A stretch of 64,000 nt of DNA from Rhynchobatus australiae (GCA_034780895.1 JAUZTB010000118.1:61290804-61354803); one strand, 5' to 3'. Positions 27,001 through 41,190 are shown, numbered from the stretch's first letter. The notes: a model not told the origin generated them from the letters alone. Program-made: numbers and translations.

Positions 27001-28519
27001 ATATGAAGCAAAAATGAGTGAATTGTTCTAAGGAGCTGATCAAGCATGGTTCATAAAACCCTCCAACAATACACCTGCTGCAGTCCAATTGCTGTTTTGA
27101 CCTCAGTATGTTCTGGATCAAAATAGCCTCAGCACTATGTTCTGCATCTCTCCTCTCTGCATTCTTTTCACCAACGTTTTAGTCAACTCTACTGGTATCT
27201 TTTCCTTTGGTGAGCAAATAAAGTGTGAACCCCAAAAACTTTCCTTCATGGTTTCCAGAAACTTAAATGGCAACAGCACTTTCTAATTTTTTTGCCTGCA
27301 ATGTTAATTGAACCCCCATCAATACCTTAATGAAGTGCTCAACCCAGTCTCTCCATCAGAAGACATTTATTCCCAAATCATAACAATTGGATATTTTTTC
27401 AGTTCCCACAATTAATTCACTCATCTAAAAACTTTGTAGAATTTAACAAAGTCAACTGTGCATTCAAAAAATTATGGTTACAATGTGTAATTTTATAAAA
27501 GCTTGATATTTCAGTTTCCAGATCTGCAGAACTGATAAAACAGGGATAACCAATATAAATCTAAATACTTCTGAGAAAGATTTTTTTTATCATCAGCTGA
27601 TATAAATGACAGGAGAGGGGAAACAAAAACAAGCTTGAAAATTCTAGTGATAACTCCCCAGTTCAAGATCAAACAAAACTGAAGATTAAACTTATAAAAA
27701 ATGTAATTATGGGAATAGTGGAAGAATTGTTAACTATTCAGCAAATTTAATTTTGCAATTATCAGTTTGCAAAACAATTCCCAGAGTTACTTTAAACAAC
27801 CCATCTGGTTCTTTCTGTTGCTGAGTACCATAAATGTTACAAGCACATTGACAAAATAAAACCAGTAGTTCTATTTTTGTGAACTTGTGTTTAATCTCAA
27901 AATGCCCAAGAGCATTATTCCAGGACAGAATGATAAACATCTGCATTCTACTGAAAAGATAAATAGAGTTTTTTACTGATATCTTTATTCAATATGCACA
28001 CACTTTTCACACCGATGTGCGGAAAGTAACCCAAGGACCTCTGTAATATTTAATGACCATGAATATTTCAATAATTCTGTGATTAATCCAAAGGAAATTT
28101 ATCCTTTCATTGTTTGTTTTATATGCTTTAAAGAATATGCAGGGATAACAATGTGTTCACATTAAAATATTGAAGTCATAAATGGCTAACTATTAGATGC
28201 ATGATAATAAGTGAGGGTCCTTTAGTCGGACAATTGTGCAGTAAGAAATGTGCCCCATTTGCTAATTTACAAAAAAAATCTCCTTGCAATAAATTACTCC
28301 TGCACAAACTACTTTAATTATTGTTTAAAGGAATCTTCAAAACATCCAGCTGCCAGCCACAAAATTCTAATCACCATTAAGCTTTTAGGAGACAGGTGTT
28401 GGCACTGTTTTTAATAAGTTACTGGCAAGAATTACTTTCTGCAGATGGTCCAAATAAATTATGACAAACATGTACACAATTTTACTAGAGAGGAAAAAAA
28501 TAGATAAGCTTTCTGTTTT

Positions 28520-28805
28520 CCTGGTTCAGCACATTTACCCAGTTAGGCAAACAGACGAGGAGGTGCCAAGTTCCATTCCTGGTCTGTTCATATAATCCAG
28601 CTGGAATTGGTAGGGCAATATAAACATCCAGAACCCACTTAATTTAAGCAATAGAAAAACTGGATAGGGTTCTCACTCCAATCATTAATCAGGAGCTCCC
28701 AAAGAAATGAGGATGTTGAATTAGCATTTGGCTGTAACATCCCCTGAAAACAAAGAGCTTGTCATCAAGTTGAGCACTTGAATACTGTTCACTGAGGCAA
28801 ATGTG
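28520..28805 (+). mobile_element. LF-SINE-like ancient SINE remnant
   Basis: ggaggtgccaagttccattcctggtctgt...gggttctcactccaatca...ttggctgtaacatcccc resembles the recalled LF-SINE-type consensus; highly diverged. Confidence 0.4.
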
Positions 28806-30119
28806 CTTACAAAAAAAAATCACATCAAGGACTCAATACAGAGGGCAGGAAGAACAGAAGATTTGAAGAACTCAAAACTATATTTAAGCAGCTGTATTTA
28901 CTTACAAGAGAAACTAACATACAGTTACCATGCAAATCACATAATAAAATTGTATCTCACTTGTTCTGGAAATTCACTAGCAATGCAATGGTCAGTAACT
29001 CCAATTATAAAACTGAATACGGTATTATTTTTATAATTAGATGGACAAGTACCTGGAAAACAATGAATATAAATGCTGGGATACTGTTTAAGAAAATTCA
29101 TTAAAAAAATTTCAAACAAGAGAACCTGCCCCTCCTACTTTCATACCTAATATATTCTTCATTCTCAATTTTCTCTGGATGTGACCTTCTTGAACTTCTA
29201 TGTGCAACATGCATCTATGCAATATCAAGTCATTAAAAATAACTACTTTTATTATGCATTTCCTTTCTTGTTTTAGTTTGTTTTTTTTAAATGGCACACA
29301 CCATTTCAACTCAACACTGTAATTTGCCTTCACCTATTTAACAGCTGCTCTATCTCCAAGTAATCTAGAGCTGTTCACCATCTTTCCTTTATAGGAAAAC
29401 ATTCAGACTATAAGAAATAAACACGGAAAACATTCAAGACATTTAGTAGGTTACGCAGCATCTGTGGAAGGAGAAACAGTTAATGTTTGGGGTCTGAAAT
29501 TCTTCATCAAAACTGTTGAATTATCTTGATTCTTCTCACCATTGCATGACATCCCAAAGCATTTTGCTGCCAGTGAAGTATTTTTGAAATGCTATCACTG
29601 TTGTAATGTGGGAAACTACTTCTCACACAATAAGATCATGCAGTTATGAGAAAAATAACCAGTTAAGAGTGGAATTCTTCAGGACCTTTAATCCTTCTTG
29701 TATATATATGTTCAATAATATTTTGGTCATGCATTCACCATATAATGATTCAATCATTTCCAAGGCTTCCAATGGCTTCCAAGACTTAAGGTATCAGACA
29801 CTATTGATTCAATCTCACTGTAATCCTTTCCTTTGCACACTGTACCACAACATAGCATAAGGAGGTCAAGAAGCAAGTTCAAAGTGGTAGTAGGTCAAGG
29901 GAGGTGGGTTGAGATTAGAAGTGGATTCAGGGTGACAGCTGGATGGCTGCAGTCACCAGTTTGGGAAAATGGACATGAGTTAGGACCTGCAATCAACAAA
30001 TTAAAAGTAGCCTACAAACACCTATTTGCCAGGAGCATGGCGTGTGGAAGCTCGTGTCCATGAATGATGAATTGTGTTTGTATTGCACTGAAAAGAGTAC
30101 TACTATGCAAATGATTAGT

Positions 30120-31250
30120 AAGTCATAGAGTTATATAGCACAGAAAACAGGCCGTTCAGCCCAACTCGTCCAAGCTGCTTAACTGAACTAGTTCCATTTG
30201 CCTGCATTTGGCCCATATCCTTCTAAACCTTTCCTATCTATATACCTGCCCAAAAGTCTTCTGAATGTCATAATTGTACCTGCTTCTACCACTTCCTCTT
30301 GCAGCTCATTCCATATATGCACCATCCTCTGGGTGAAAAAATTGTCCCCAAGGCCCTTTTTAAGTCTTTCCCCTCACTTTAAACCTATGCCCTCTAGTTC
30401 TGGACACCCTTACCCTAGAGAAAAAACTGTGGCTCTTCACCTTTATCTGTGTCCCTCATGATTTTATCAATCTCTACAGTCACCCCTTGGTCTCCTACAC
30501 TTCACAGCAAAATGTCCTAGCCTACCCAGCCTTTCCTTATAATTCAAAACCTCCAGTCCCAGTAACATCCTTGTAAATCTTTTTTGTACCCTTTTCAGTT
30601 TAATGACGCCCTTCCTATAGCAGGGCAACCAGAACTGTATGTAGTACTTCAAATGTGGCCTTACCTATGCCTTGTACAACTGTAACATAATGTCCCAACT
30701 CTTGCACTCAGTGCCCTGACTGATGAAGGCAAGCATGCCAAACCCCTTCTTCGCCACCCCNNNNNNNNNNNNNNNNNNNNNNNNNNNACCTACACCCCTA
30801 AGTCCCTCTGTTCTATAATACTCCCCAGGGCCCTAACATTTACTGTGCAAGTCCTGCCCTGATTTGTTTTACCAAAATGTAACACCTTGCATTTATCTGA
30901 AATAAACTCCATCTGCCATTCCTCTGTCCACTGACTGAGTTCATCAAGATCCCATTGTAATCTTATTCAAACCTTCTTCACTGTCCACTATACCCCCAAT
31001 TTTAGTGTCACCTGCAAACTTACTAACCATGCAACCTATATTCTCATCCAAATCGTTAGCATAAATGAGGAACAACAGTCGACCCTTCGGCACACTGCTG
31101 GTCACAGGCCTCCAGTGTAAAAAACAACACTCTGCTACCAACCTCAAACTCCTTCCATCAAGCCAATTTTGTGTCCAGTTGGCTAGCTCACCCTGAATCC
31201 CACGTGATCTACTCTTCTGAACCAGCCTACCATGTGGTACCTTGTCAAAT
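30120..31250 (-). mobile_element. CR1-type LINE fragment
   Basis: ORF pieces YYIQFWLPCYRKGVIKLKRVQKRFTRML and VSKFAGDTKIGGIVDSEEG; inverted tail gtcatagagttatatagcacaga. Confidence 0.9.
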
Positions 31251-31269
31251 TCTTTTAGTTACTCTGTTT

Positions 31270-31405
31270 TAGTAATGTTGAATGAGGGATAAATGTTGAT
31301 CAATATGCCATGGAGAACTCCCCTACTTATGCTCAATATAGTGCTATGGCATCTGTTACAGTTACCTGAAAGAGCAGACATGACACTGTTTAACATCTTA
31401 TCAAC
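31270..31405 (-). mobile_element. DeuSINE remnant (a matching 3' part lies at ~29530-29660)
   Basis: tgagggataaatgttg...ggagaactcccctactt...atagtgctatggcatct is the inverted Deu core. Confidence 0.6.
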
Positions 31406-31704
31406 TCTTTCAGCAATTACTGAGAAAATGTTCTAATTAACTTAAAGTCCTCCCTCAACAAGACATTCTAATTTATAGTATTTTCTCCTACTGAAATTAA
31501 GATTTGTAATAACACTAGCTGTTCCACAGAGTGCATGTACTGACTGACCACACAAAAAACTTCATATGATACTGGTTGCTGGGAGTACATCTTGAAACTA
31601 CATACTTGTTTCAATCAAAATTGAGAACAAATCAACTAAAACAATGAACCAAATTACCCTGCAGGACCTTATTCTCAGAGAAGAATTCTGTATGCAACAC
31701 ACAA

Positions 31705-31850
31705 GATACTGGAGAAACTCAGCAGGTCAGGCAGGCTCTGTAGAGGGAAATGGACAGTCAACGTTTTGGATCAAGACCCTTTATCCTGAAATGTTGACTG
31801 TCCATTTCCCTCCACAGATAATGCCTGACCTGCTGAATTCCTCCAGCATC
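31705..31850. repeat. ~145-bp palindromic Penelope-associated element
   Basis: ~60-bp arms: ctggagaaactcagcaggtcaggca...agggaaatggacagtcaac and gttgactgtccatttccct...tgcctgacctgctgaattcctccag. Confidence 0.8.
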
Positions 31851-33759
31851 ANNNNNNNNNNNNNNNNNNNNNNNNNNNNNNNNNNNNNNNNNNNNNNNNN
31901 NNNNNNNNNNNNNNNNNNNNNNNNNNNNNNNNNNNNNNNNNNNNNNNNNNNNNNNNNNNNNNNNNNNNNNNNNNNNNNNNNNNNNNNNNNNNNNNNNNNN
32001 NNNNNNNNNNNNNNNNNNNNNNNNNNNNNNNNNNNNNNNNNNNNNNNNNNNNNNNNNNNNNNNNNNNNNNNNNNNNNNNNNNNNNNNNNNNNNNNNNNNN
32101 NNNNNNNNNNNNNNNNNNNNNNNNNNNNNNNNNNNNNNNNNNNNNNNNNNNNNNNNNNNNNNNNNNNNNNNNNNNNNNNNNNNNNNNNNNNNNNNNNNNN
32201 NNNNNNNNNNNNNNNNNNNNNNNNNNNNNNNNNNNNNNNNNNNNNNNNNNNNNNNNNNNNNNNNNNNNNNNNNNNNNNNNNNNNNNNNNNNNNNNNNNNN
32301 NNNNNNNNNNNNNNNNNNNNNNNNNNNNNNNNNNNNNNNNNNNNNNNNNNNNNNNNNNNNNNNNNNNNNNNNNNNNNNNNNNNNNNNNNNNNNNNNNNNN
32401 NNNNNNNNNNNNNNNNNNNNNNNNNNNNNNNNNNNNNNNNNNNNNNNNNNNNNNNNNNNNNNNNNNNNNNNNNNNNNNNNNNNNNNNNNNNNNNNNNNNN
32501 NNNNNNNNNNNNNNNNNNNNNNNNNNNNNNNNNNNNNNNNNNNNNNNNNNNNNNNNNNNNNNNNNNNNNNNNNNNNNNNNNNNNNNNNTTACCAGTAGAC
32601 CTCATTCAATAACATTTCAAATAGTAAAGCATCACAAAGCAGGTCACAGGAGTGTAATCAGATGAAAACTGGCAATGAGCCAAACAAAACATTACAGCAG
32701 GTGACCAAACTCTTGCACTTAAAACAACATATTATAAAAGGCGCCAGAGGTTAGGCAGGAAATTATATCGATAGCATGGCTACTAAAAGTTCAGTGAAGG
32801 AAAGAGATTACATACAAGCCAGGGAACCTTACCAGTGCACAAGACCAGATCTAATCAACATGTGCAACTTCACCAATTATAATCGAATATATCCTTGTGC
32901 TTGTCCAAAGAGAAATCAAAACAAATTCTCTATTGTTTTAATCAGAACCACCAAAATATATAAAAAATGAAAGATCCCGTTTATATAATAGTGATAGCTA
33001 ACCTCGATGAATAATGAGCAAGTTTTAAGAGATTTTTACTGCGATGTTACGAGGCTCTCAAGGAGCTTGCATGCAAACTGTTTCACAGGAAACTGGTTTT
33101 CAACAATATTGGAGTATTAACTCCTCCAAGATGTGCAGGTGCTTTTCTATTCCCAAATATAGACTTCCACCACATTTATTCAAAGAATAGATTTCAAATT
33201 CAGAAATATTCAACGGGAACCATATGTTTCACCTACTTTACAATACTGGTAAAATTAAAATTTTTGCATTAGCTGTGACAATGGTGGAAAACACCAGATT
33301 CCTAGCAAGCAGCACAACTGTCAAATATCTTGAGCTGAAGGCAATATTAATGCAGAGCTGGGAGCAGATCACCCACCCAGCAGGCCACAGCTGCTGCATA
33401 GTTCAAGGCATTAGGGAGAAAAGAGAAACACTTCAAAAAGACAAATTAAAATGCAACATAATATTTTCATGAATTACACAAGGAATGCAAGTATATGCTG
33501 ACACCCAAAGGGTATGAGGTTCCGTACTTGGAAAACAGAAAGATGCAAACCATGGAAAACTAATTTTCCCTACTATTGATATCATGCACATGGAATTAAA
33601 ATATATTCACCATGACTTAATGTTCACGCTGGAGTCAGAGAAACAGCTGTGATTTGACATACTGCAACATTCACACTTAACACTTTTTTGGTCCTTAATG
33701 ATTCATCGTAACGGAATTATAAAAATTTGCAATTCACATGGTGGTCATTCATTCCATGA

Positions 33760-34680
33760 TGTTTATAGTGGCCAAAAAAAGACCATCCAGTGTAATTCCA
33801 CTTTCCAGCTTGGTCTGTGGACCCATTGGTTCAAATGCATATCGAAGTCCTTATTAAATGTAATAGGTGTGCCTCTACCAGCCTTTCAACCAGTAGTTCC
33901 AGATCATGTCCATCCTCTGGGTGAAAAAGTTCTCATCTTCCCTCTAATCCTCATGTCAATTTCTTTTACTATTCCCCCAGCTAGTAACCCCTTTGTTAAG
34001 GAAAACATGACCTTGTTATCCACTCAACTTTAGATACAACAATTAAATCTCCCCTTTGGAATAGAGGAAGTAAAAGAAAAGAAAAATCAGCCTATCCAAT
34101 CTTTTCCCCCATCCAAAATTCTCCATGCCTGGCAACAAACTCATAAACCTTCCTTGAACGTTCTTCCTGTGATGTAGTGGCCAGAACTGCACATAATACT
34201 GAGCTATTGTTTATATAGAGATTTCTACAGTCAAAGCATTAGTTTCCTACTGCAATAACCTATCCCTTTGGTAACCGAGTATGCCTAATCACCATTTCCA
34301 TGTGTCTTGCCATCATCAAGTGACTACAGAGATGCACTTCAAAATCTCTGTTCCTCTGCACGTCAGTATCCTACCTACCATTTTTGTATTCCCGTCTTTT
34401 CTTTGTCATCTCCTTAAAAATTACATCACAATGCTCCAGTTAAATTTCCATTTTTTCCTGACGACTTGCCGTCCATTCATATCTTGCTGCTATCCACAGT
34501 TTCCTTGTTCCTTGCAATATTGTTATTCTCCTTACATTTGAGACTAAATCATCATTATGCACTTAAAAAACCAGAGAACCGAATCTTGCAGAACCCCAAT
34601 GGAAACAGCCTTTCAGCTGCTCATTGACCTCTATCATTAGTTTCCTGCCTCCAAGTCAATTTTGGATCCAATGTTTTTTT
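33760..34680 (-). mobile_element. Degenerate CR1 fragment
   Basis: ccatcctctgggtgaaaaag, cagcctatccaatctt and ccagaactgcaca motifs are shared with other CR1 copies. Confidence 0.6.
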
Positions 34681-36274
34681 GTTTAAAAAAGCGATCAAAC
34701 TAATTGACATCAAAATAGTTGGGATTAAAGAGTTATATTTCAATTGTAGGAAAGAAAGTTAAACTAATAAATGAATTCCAGAACATTGACAAAGAACCCC
34801 AGAAAAACAAGACTGAAGGCAGAAGATGTTCTTAAGTTTCTATTCTTCTGGAATCACTTCATTCAAATACATTTATTATCTTTTGTATCTGTATAAAGTT
34901 TAATCTTTTCCATGTAATCAATTTCATCTAGACATTCCCTGTACTATGAAACTCTTTGCAAGTACTACAACATGTACTGACAAAAATAACCAATTAATCT
35001 CCAATGCAAAGCCAGAATCAAATAATTGCACCTTTTTTTAAAAATACAAAACTTATCAAAAAAAAGTGCTGGATTCTTTACTTCTGAGTTTAATGGGCAT
35101 TTTACTCTCTGAATCTGTAAATTTAACTCAAGATCAGAAATTTCTACAACACAACATCCTAACACCACTGCATCTGCTTAGAAGTAAAATATGAAATTGC
35201 TCATAATTGACATATAGGGGAAAAAGCATTCTTTTGAGGAGAATATCAAAATTTTTGAAATTGGAAGATTATGATCCATCGTACACGTTTCTGAAACCAC
35301 CTTTAATACAGAGATAAAAATAAGGTTTCTTGTTTTAAAAATTAATATTTTTAAAAATACTTGTGGAACTCTTCAACAAGCCAGAGTACCCCTTAAACGA
35401 AAGGAGAATTTTTGAAGTGTCATAAAATTTTCCACAAGTGCATTTAATGGTGTCTGATTTTGATTTGCTCTAGTTCCTTTAATCTAGAGGGTCTATTACA
35501 AGCTGTTGCAAGTACAAACTGAAAATCTTGCAGTGAGGGCAACCAAGATACTGATACCTAAAAAGAGTACAGTAAACAACTATATTAATCAGATTACAGG
35601 TGTGAAATAAACAGTGTAATGACTGAGATGATAGCACTAATTAATTGTGGATGAAATCAATATTAGATCAGGTGCAGGAAGAGGAACAAATGACAGAAGA
35701 TTAGACTAAGAGGGGGAAAACAAACAAGGTAAAGGAAGTTAATATTAAATTTCAAAATTCTAAGATACTAATTAATACATAAAAACCAGAAGAAATTAGA
35801 ATATGTACTTGTTAAAATTAATTTGATGCCAAAGCAGTTCATAAGCAGTAACTAACAATGGTGCACTGTTGAAAGAATTTCTGACATCTAATCCATCCAT
35901 AATTAAATATCTGCATGCCTTAAAAAGCTCAAATATAGGTTTCTTGCATTAGTTTAGGCCAGGTTTGATATTCAGCAGTGTATTGTGTTTATATCTATCA
36001 TACAAGCAATTTCTTACTGCTCAATTCATTTCAAAAGAGAGCTAAATTGCAAGATGTCAACTGCAGGGAGCTATGGGCAGATAAATTCCACAACACTGGT
36101 GTATAAACAGTAAGAGGCATTAGAGTTTTAGTATTATTTTGACAGAAAATTATGAGCAAATGTCTTGATAAATCTATTGACGAGCTATTTGGGGGAAATA
36201 AAACTTCTCAATTACAAAGACATGTTATATCAATACAATTTCAACACAATTGTATTGATATAATTTATATGAAC

Positions 36275-36744
36275 TGTCACGTACCAGCAACAAAAGAAAC
36301 ACACCGAGTCATGTATAAGTGTTAAAAACTATTTTATTAGTAACTACTTATGATAATAAGAAAAATAAAAGTAAAAATGTTAGAAGTAAAAATGTTAGGT
36401 CTTAAACATTAACCCCAAAAACTAAACTCGAAGTGTGTGTCTGGCAAATTCCCAAACTCCAAGTCCAGGAATAGTTCTCANNNNNNNNNNNNNNNNNNNN
36501 NNNNNNNNNNNNNNNNNNNNNNNNNNNNNNNNNNNNNNNNNNNNNNNNNNNNNNNNNNNNNNNNNNNNNNNNNNNNNNNNCTAGCAGGCTGGTGTCTCTC
36601 TCCCTCTCCTGACCGACTCCGACTGTGTACTCCAAAATCATCATTATGTCCTTATCTTCTGTTGTTGTCATCTCACACACACACACACACACACACTACT
36701 CTATCTTAAAGAAACATTAACCAATAGTAACCTAGTCTGTAGCA
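36275..36744 (-). mobile_element. Solo LTR with 4-bp target-site duplication (contains a 100-N gap)
   Basis: gaac|TGTCACG...TGTAGCA|gaac: TG..CA termini with TSD GAAC at 36271-36274 and 36745-36748. A homologous inverted copy ends at 57557. Confidence 0.75.
36674..36697. repeat. (CA)n microsatellite within the LTR
   Basis: cacacac run of about 12 units. Confidence 0.9.
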
Positions 36745-39354
36745 GAACTAATTTAGGATATATTTTCATTAGAGTATATAGCAGTATTCCCCAGTTAAAG
36801 GGCTGTGCAAACACCTGGACCCAACATTCAACACATTTAAAAGATCCACATAGCTTTCTTTTTGCAATTCAAAACCAGGGTTGCAATTTTGCCTTCCCAG
36901 ATACTTCATCCCAGACCCTTCAGTTCTGAAGAAGGATCCCTGACCTTACACATTAACTATTTCTATTTACAATCCAATAAATTGGTAAATTCCAACCCAC
37001 ATTGATTTAACTTAACAAAAATGTAGTCTTTTAAGTAAAAGAATGGTCTAGAAAAATGAAACAACTTATAATAAAGATTAATAATGACAAGATATGTACA
37101 GGCCAAATGTGATGTATACTTGGCATTAACGCAATTTTCCTCATTTTTTATCCTTCCTTTTATAACACTTGAATTGTGTTTGAACCATTTCTTCACAGCC
37201 CCTCTGGCTGCATTGTTTATAAATTTTTCCATGTGCCTTTTCCCATACCTGATTAAAAATCAGAGCTATAAAGATGCACTACTAACATGCAAATAATTGA
37301 AGTGTTTTGTTTTTCTCTCTGAGGAAGCCTCCTGTTGAAATTAGGGCCTTTTAAATTATGCTTAGAGAACAGTTACTAATACAATTCCATGTATTCTTTT
37401 CTGTCTGGCATGGAAACCAAATGTTTGAAATTACAGGCCAAGTCGTAACAGGCTGAGTAGCACAAACATATGCAGCACAGTGAGGTGACAATAACCTGCA
37501 CATTATTGCCCCTTACAGTGGAAAGCTGGTCTGACAACACTGACATCAGGCTGCAGATCCACAGAAAATAATACTGACCTCCATTACCTCCAGTCACAAT
37601 TTTTCTAAGCCAAGAAACAAGCTGGCCAATTATTTAAGCTCCTGGTCCAAGTGACAACTGATTGGCATTCAATAACAAAGTCCTGAGAATGATGGATTTC
37701 AAAGCATACTTCAGCTGGGCAGCTCAATGAAAATGAATATCTAAAAAAATTGAAACTTAGCCTAGTCTCTAAAAATTTCCCACAAGATAAAAGTTTATAA
37801 TTTTGGAGAGGGGTATGACAGTTATACTTTCTGAGTTGCGTGAATCGTTGTAGACTCTCCTGATGTTTACAACTAATGGCACTACTGAACCTTAACAATG
37901 AATTCAAAATTCAGTAACAGCAAATAACTAATGGCAAATTGCTAATGACGTTAAGATTGGGAAGCCTATTCTTTTCTCAAACATCAGAAAATTTAAGAAA
38001 GAACATTAATTTTACTTTATTTAAATGGTCTCCAAGCTGGTGATGTTTGGGCTTCGTCAGTTCCACATGATTACATCAAAATTCACTGTATTAATTGAAA
38101 AATTTATTTTTAAAGGACCAAACTTGAATCACATGCCCAATGTTCAGACTGCAGAAGGAACTAGGTTTTAAGTTTAAGTTTCTGGTCGCTCCCAATGATG
38201 ATAATAAAAGAAAAGGAAATTCTAAAACAAAAATACAATTCACTCTACTTGATGGCATTATATCCACACTTTCACAAAAGTGATCCTGACTTATAGTCAA
38301 GATAAAAATTCAAGCTTAATATCTATAGAAATTCCAGCCCTACTCATTATAGCTCAAATTCTATCAAACACCAATACCATATTTTACAAAAGCAAAACAC
38401 TGCCCATGACCATCAATAAAAAATNNNNNNNNNNNNNNNNNNNNNNNNNNNNNNNNNNNNNNNNNNNNNNNNNNNNNNNNNNNNNNNNNNNNNNNNNNNN
38501 NNNNNNNNNNNNNNNNNNNNNNNNNNNNNNNNNNNNNNNNNNNNNNNNNNNNNNNNNNNNNNNNNNNNNNNNNNNNNNNNNNNNNNNNNNNNNNNNNNNN
38601 NNNNNNNNNNNNNNNNNNNNNNNNNNNNNNNNNNNNNNNNNNNNNNNNNNNNNNNNNNNNNNNNNNNNNNNNNNNNNNNNNNNNNNNNNNNNNNNNNNNN
38701 NNNNNNNNNNNNNNNNNNNNNNNNNNNNNNNNNNNNNNNNNNNNNNNNNNNNNNNNNNNNNNNNNNNNNNGACAGCATTATGATTCATTGTAATATTCTA
38801 ATGTTTTGCTCATACTGTTTTTAGAAAGGCCCTTAATCCTTACCTCATTACCTGCGTTTGGCTTCTTTCTTCCTCAATCAGAAGCACCAGCATCTGCAAC
38901 TGTACGTACTCTACAGAAACTGAAAATGAATAATGTCAGGTATGGAAAATATCATCAGAATGAATAATGTGACAATAAAATAGTAAAAAGGGAGGTTAAA
39001 ATACATCAACTATTTTACACTGAGCATAATGCCTAATGCAAGCATTTTATAACTGGAAATGTTATTGAAATACAAACTGGAAGATGCACCAATGTGATAT
39101 AACCTTATGTTTGATACTGTTGCATTGGTCACTGCTGTGGTTATATATCCATTTATTCTAGTTCATNNNNNNNNNNNNNNNNNNNNNNNNNNNNNNNNNN
39201 NNNNNNNNNNNNNNNNNNNNNNNNNNNNNNNNNNNNNNNNNNNNNNNNNNNNNNNNNNNNNNNNNNNNNNNNNNNNNNNNNNNNNNNNNNNNNNNNNNNN
39301 NNNNNNNNNNNNNNNNNNNNNNNNNNNNNNNNNNNNNNNNNNNNNNNNNNNNNN

Positions 39355-40132
39355 CTGGTAAAATGGGCAGATACATGGTCGATGGCACCTATGCTGAGAA
39401 ATGTGGGTAAAAGGTGAAGGGCGAGTTTAAAAGGGGTATAAGAACAGAGAGATTTGGAAATGTGTATGTGCATAGTTCAGTGAGAATAATAGAACAGGTT
39501 GAGAAAACACTTTAAAAAAAAAACACACACACCATATGACTCTGAGCTTCAGAAGCAGAGGGATAGAGTAAGAGCAAGGAGGTCATGACAACCTTCATTA
39601 AACACTAGTTTGGACATAATTGGAGTACGATGTCCATAGTGGGGCACCACATTTTAGGAAAGAAGGGTGCAGAAGAGAATTACCAGGAAAAAAAAATCAA
39701 GGGAGAAGGAAAATTCACCAATAGGTGAATCAAAAAAGTTGAGGTCATCTTCTTTAGAATGGAGGAGGTTGTGAGGGAATCAATTAGAAGTATTTATAAG
39801 CGGTTTAGACATTAGGTAAAAACTGTTCCCATTTAAGAACTAGGGGACATAGAATGAAGGCAACTAGCAAAAGAACCAAAGCTAACATGAAAAAACTGTT
39901 TTATGCAGCGATTGGTTAGGAGCTAGAATGCACTGCCAGAGGTAGCAGTGAAGGGAGAATCAATCAGAGCATTCAAGAGTGAGCTGGATGAGTACCTGAG
40001 GGGAAATAATCTGCAGATCTATGAGGAGAGGCTGGTGGAATGAGATTATCTGGATTTGTTTTAAACAGAGCTGGCATAGACTTGACAGGCCGAATGCCCC
40101 CCTCCTGTGCTGTAACCATTCTGTGATTCTAT
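39355..40132 (+). mobile_element. Degenerate CR1 3' fragment
   Basis: gggtgcagaagagaattaccagg; tail ggccgaatgcccccctcctgtgctgtaaccattctgtgattctatg. Confidence 0.75.
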
Positions 40133-40434
40133 GCAAAACAAGCACAGAGAACATTTTACACTTTTTCCATTATTTACACTATAATAATTTAAGGTTTCTC
40201 TGATGGAATTGTTCAAGAGGAAAAAATGAGCTGCAAACTGCCATATGTGAAGTTGTTTTTAAAAAAGTGAAAGCAGTCAAATGATTCATAATGTTAATTA
40301 CAGTGACATCCAGACTTCCAGCCAGTCTATCAAACTATTCCCCAGCCTCAGGCTCTGTACCTATTCCAATAACTTTTCCCTCTCTCCAGTTGCTATCAAT
40401 GAAACAATTCATAACTTGTCATCAATTCCTTCAC

Positions 40435-41190
40435 CAAGGTCCAGATAGTAGGCTAGTCCGGAAGGTTAAGGCACATGGGATCCAATGTGATCTAGCTTAC
40501 CGGACTCAATATTGGCTTGGTGATAGGAAACAGAGAGTGATGGTGGAAGGATGTTTTTCTGACTACAAGTCTATACTAATAGTGTAACACGGGGATTAGT
40601 GCTGAGACCATTTATATATGAAAAAAAAGTGAATGTTGGAGGTATGATTACTAAGTCTGAGGATGACACAAGAATTGGTGGTGCTGTAGATAGCGGGGAG
40701 GGATAATGTCTAAGGCTAAAGCAGGATACAGAATAGTTGGAAAGGTCGGCAGAGCATTGGCCGATGGAATTTAATCCTGACAAGTGTGAGGTGACGTATT
40801 TTGGGAAGTCAAGTAGGGGTGGGACATACAAAGTACATGGTAGGGCTCTTAGGAATGCTGATGAGCAGAGAGGCCTGGGGATGCAAGTCTATAGTTCCCT
40901 GGAAGTGGCAACACAGGTGGATATGGTTGTGAATAAAGCAGTGAATGAAGCATGCTTGTCTTCCTGAGTGTCAGGGAAAAGAACGCGAGAGTTAGAATGT
41001 TATGTTACAACTTTACAAAACACTGGTTAGGCCATACTTGAGAGCACTGTGTGCCGTTCTGGTCACCACACGCTACAAGATGGATGTGATTGCGCTGAAG
41101 AGAGTGCAGAAGGATTTCACCAGGATGTTGCCTGGATTGGATGACTTTAGTTATGGGGCAGGATTGGATACGCTAGTCTTGTATCTGGAA
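40435..41190 (+). mobile_element. CR1 RT fragment
   Basis: ORF pieces RLVRKVKAHGIQ, WPMEFNPDKCEV and LQLYKTLVRPYL. Confidence 0.85.

Noticed and set aside
29112-29333. Basic minus-strand ORF first considered as the NoLS exon
   Set aside because: The true match is at 50597-50686; this ORF lacks VTKW and RKRKR.
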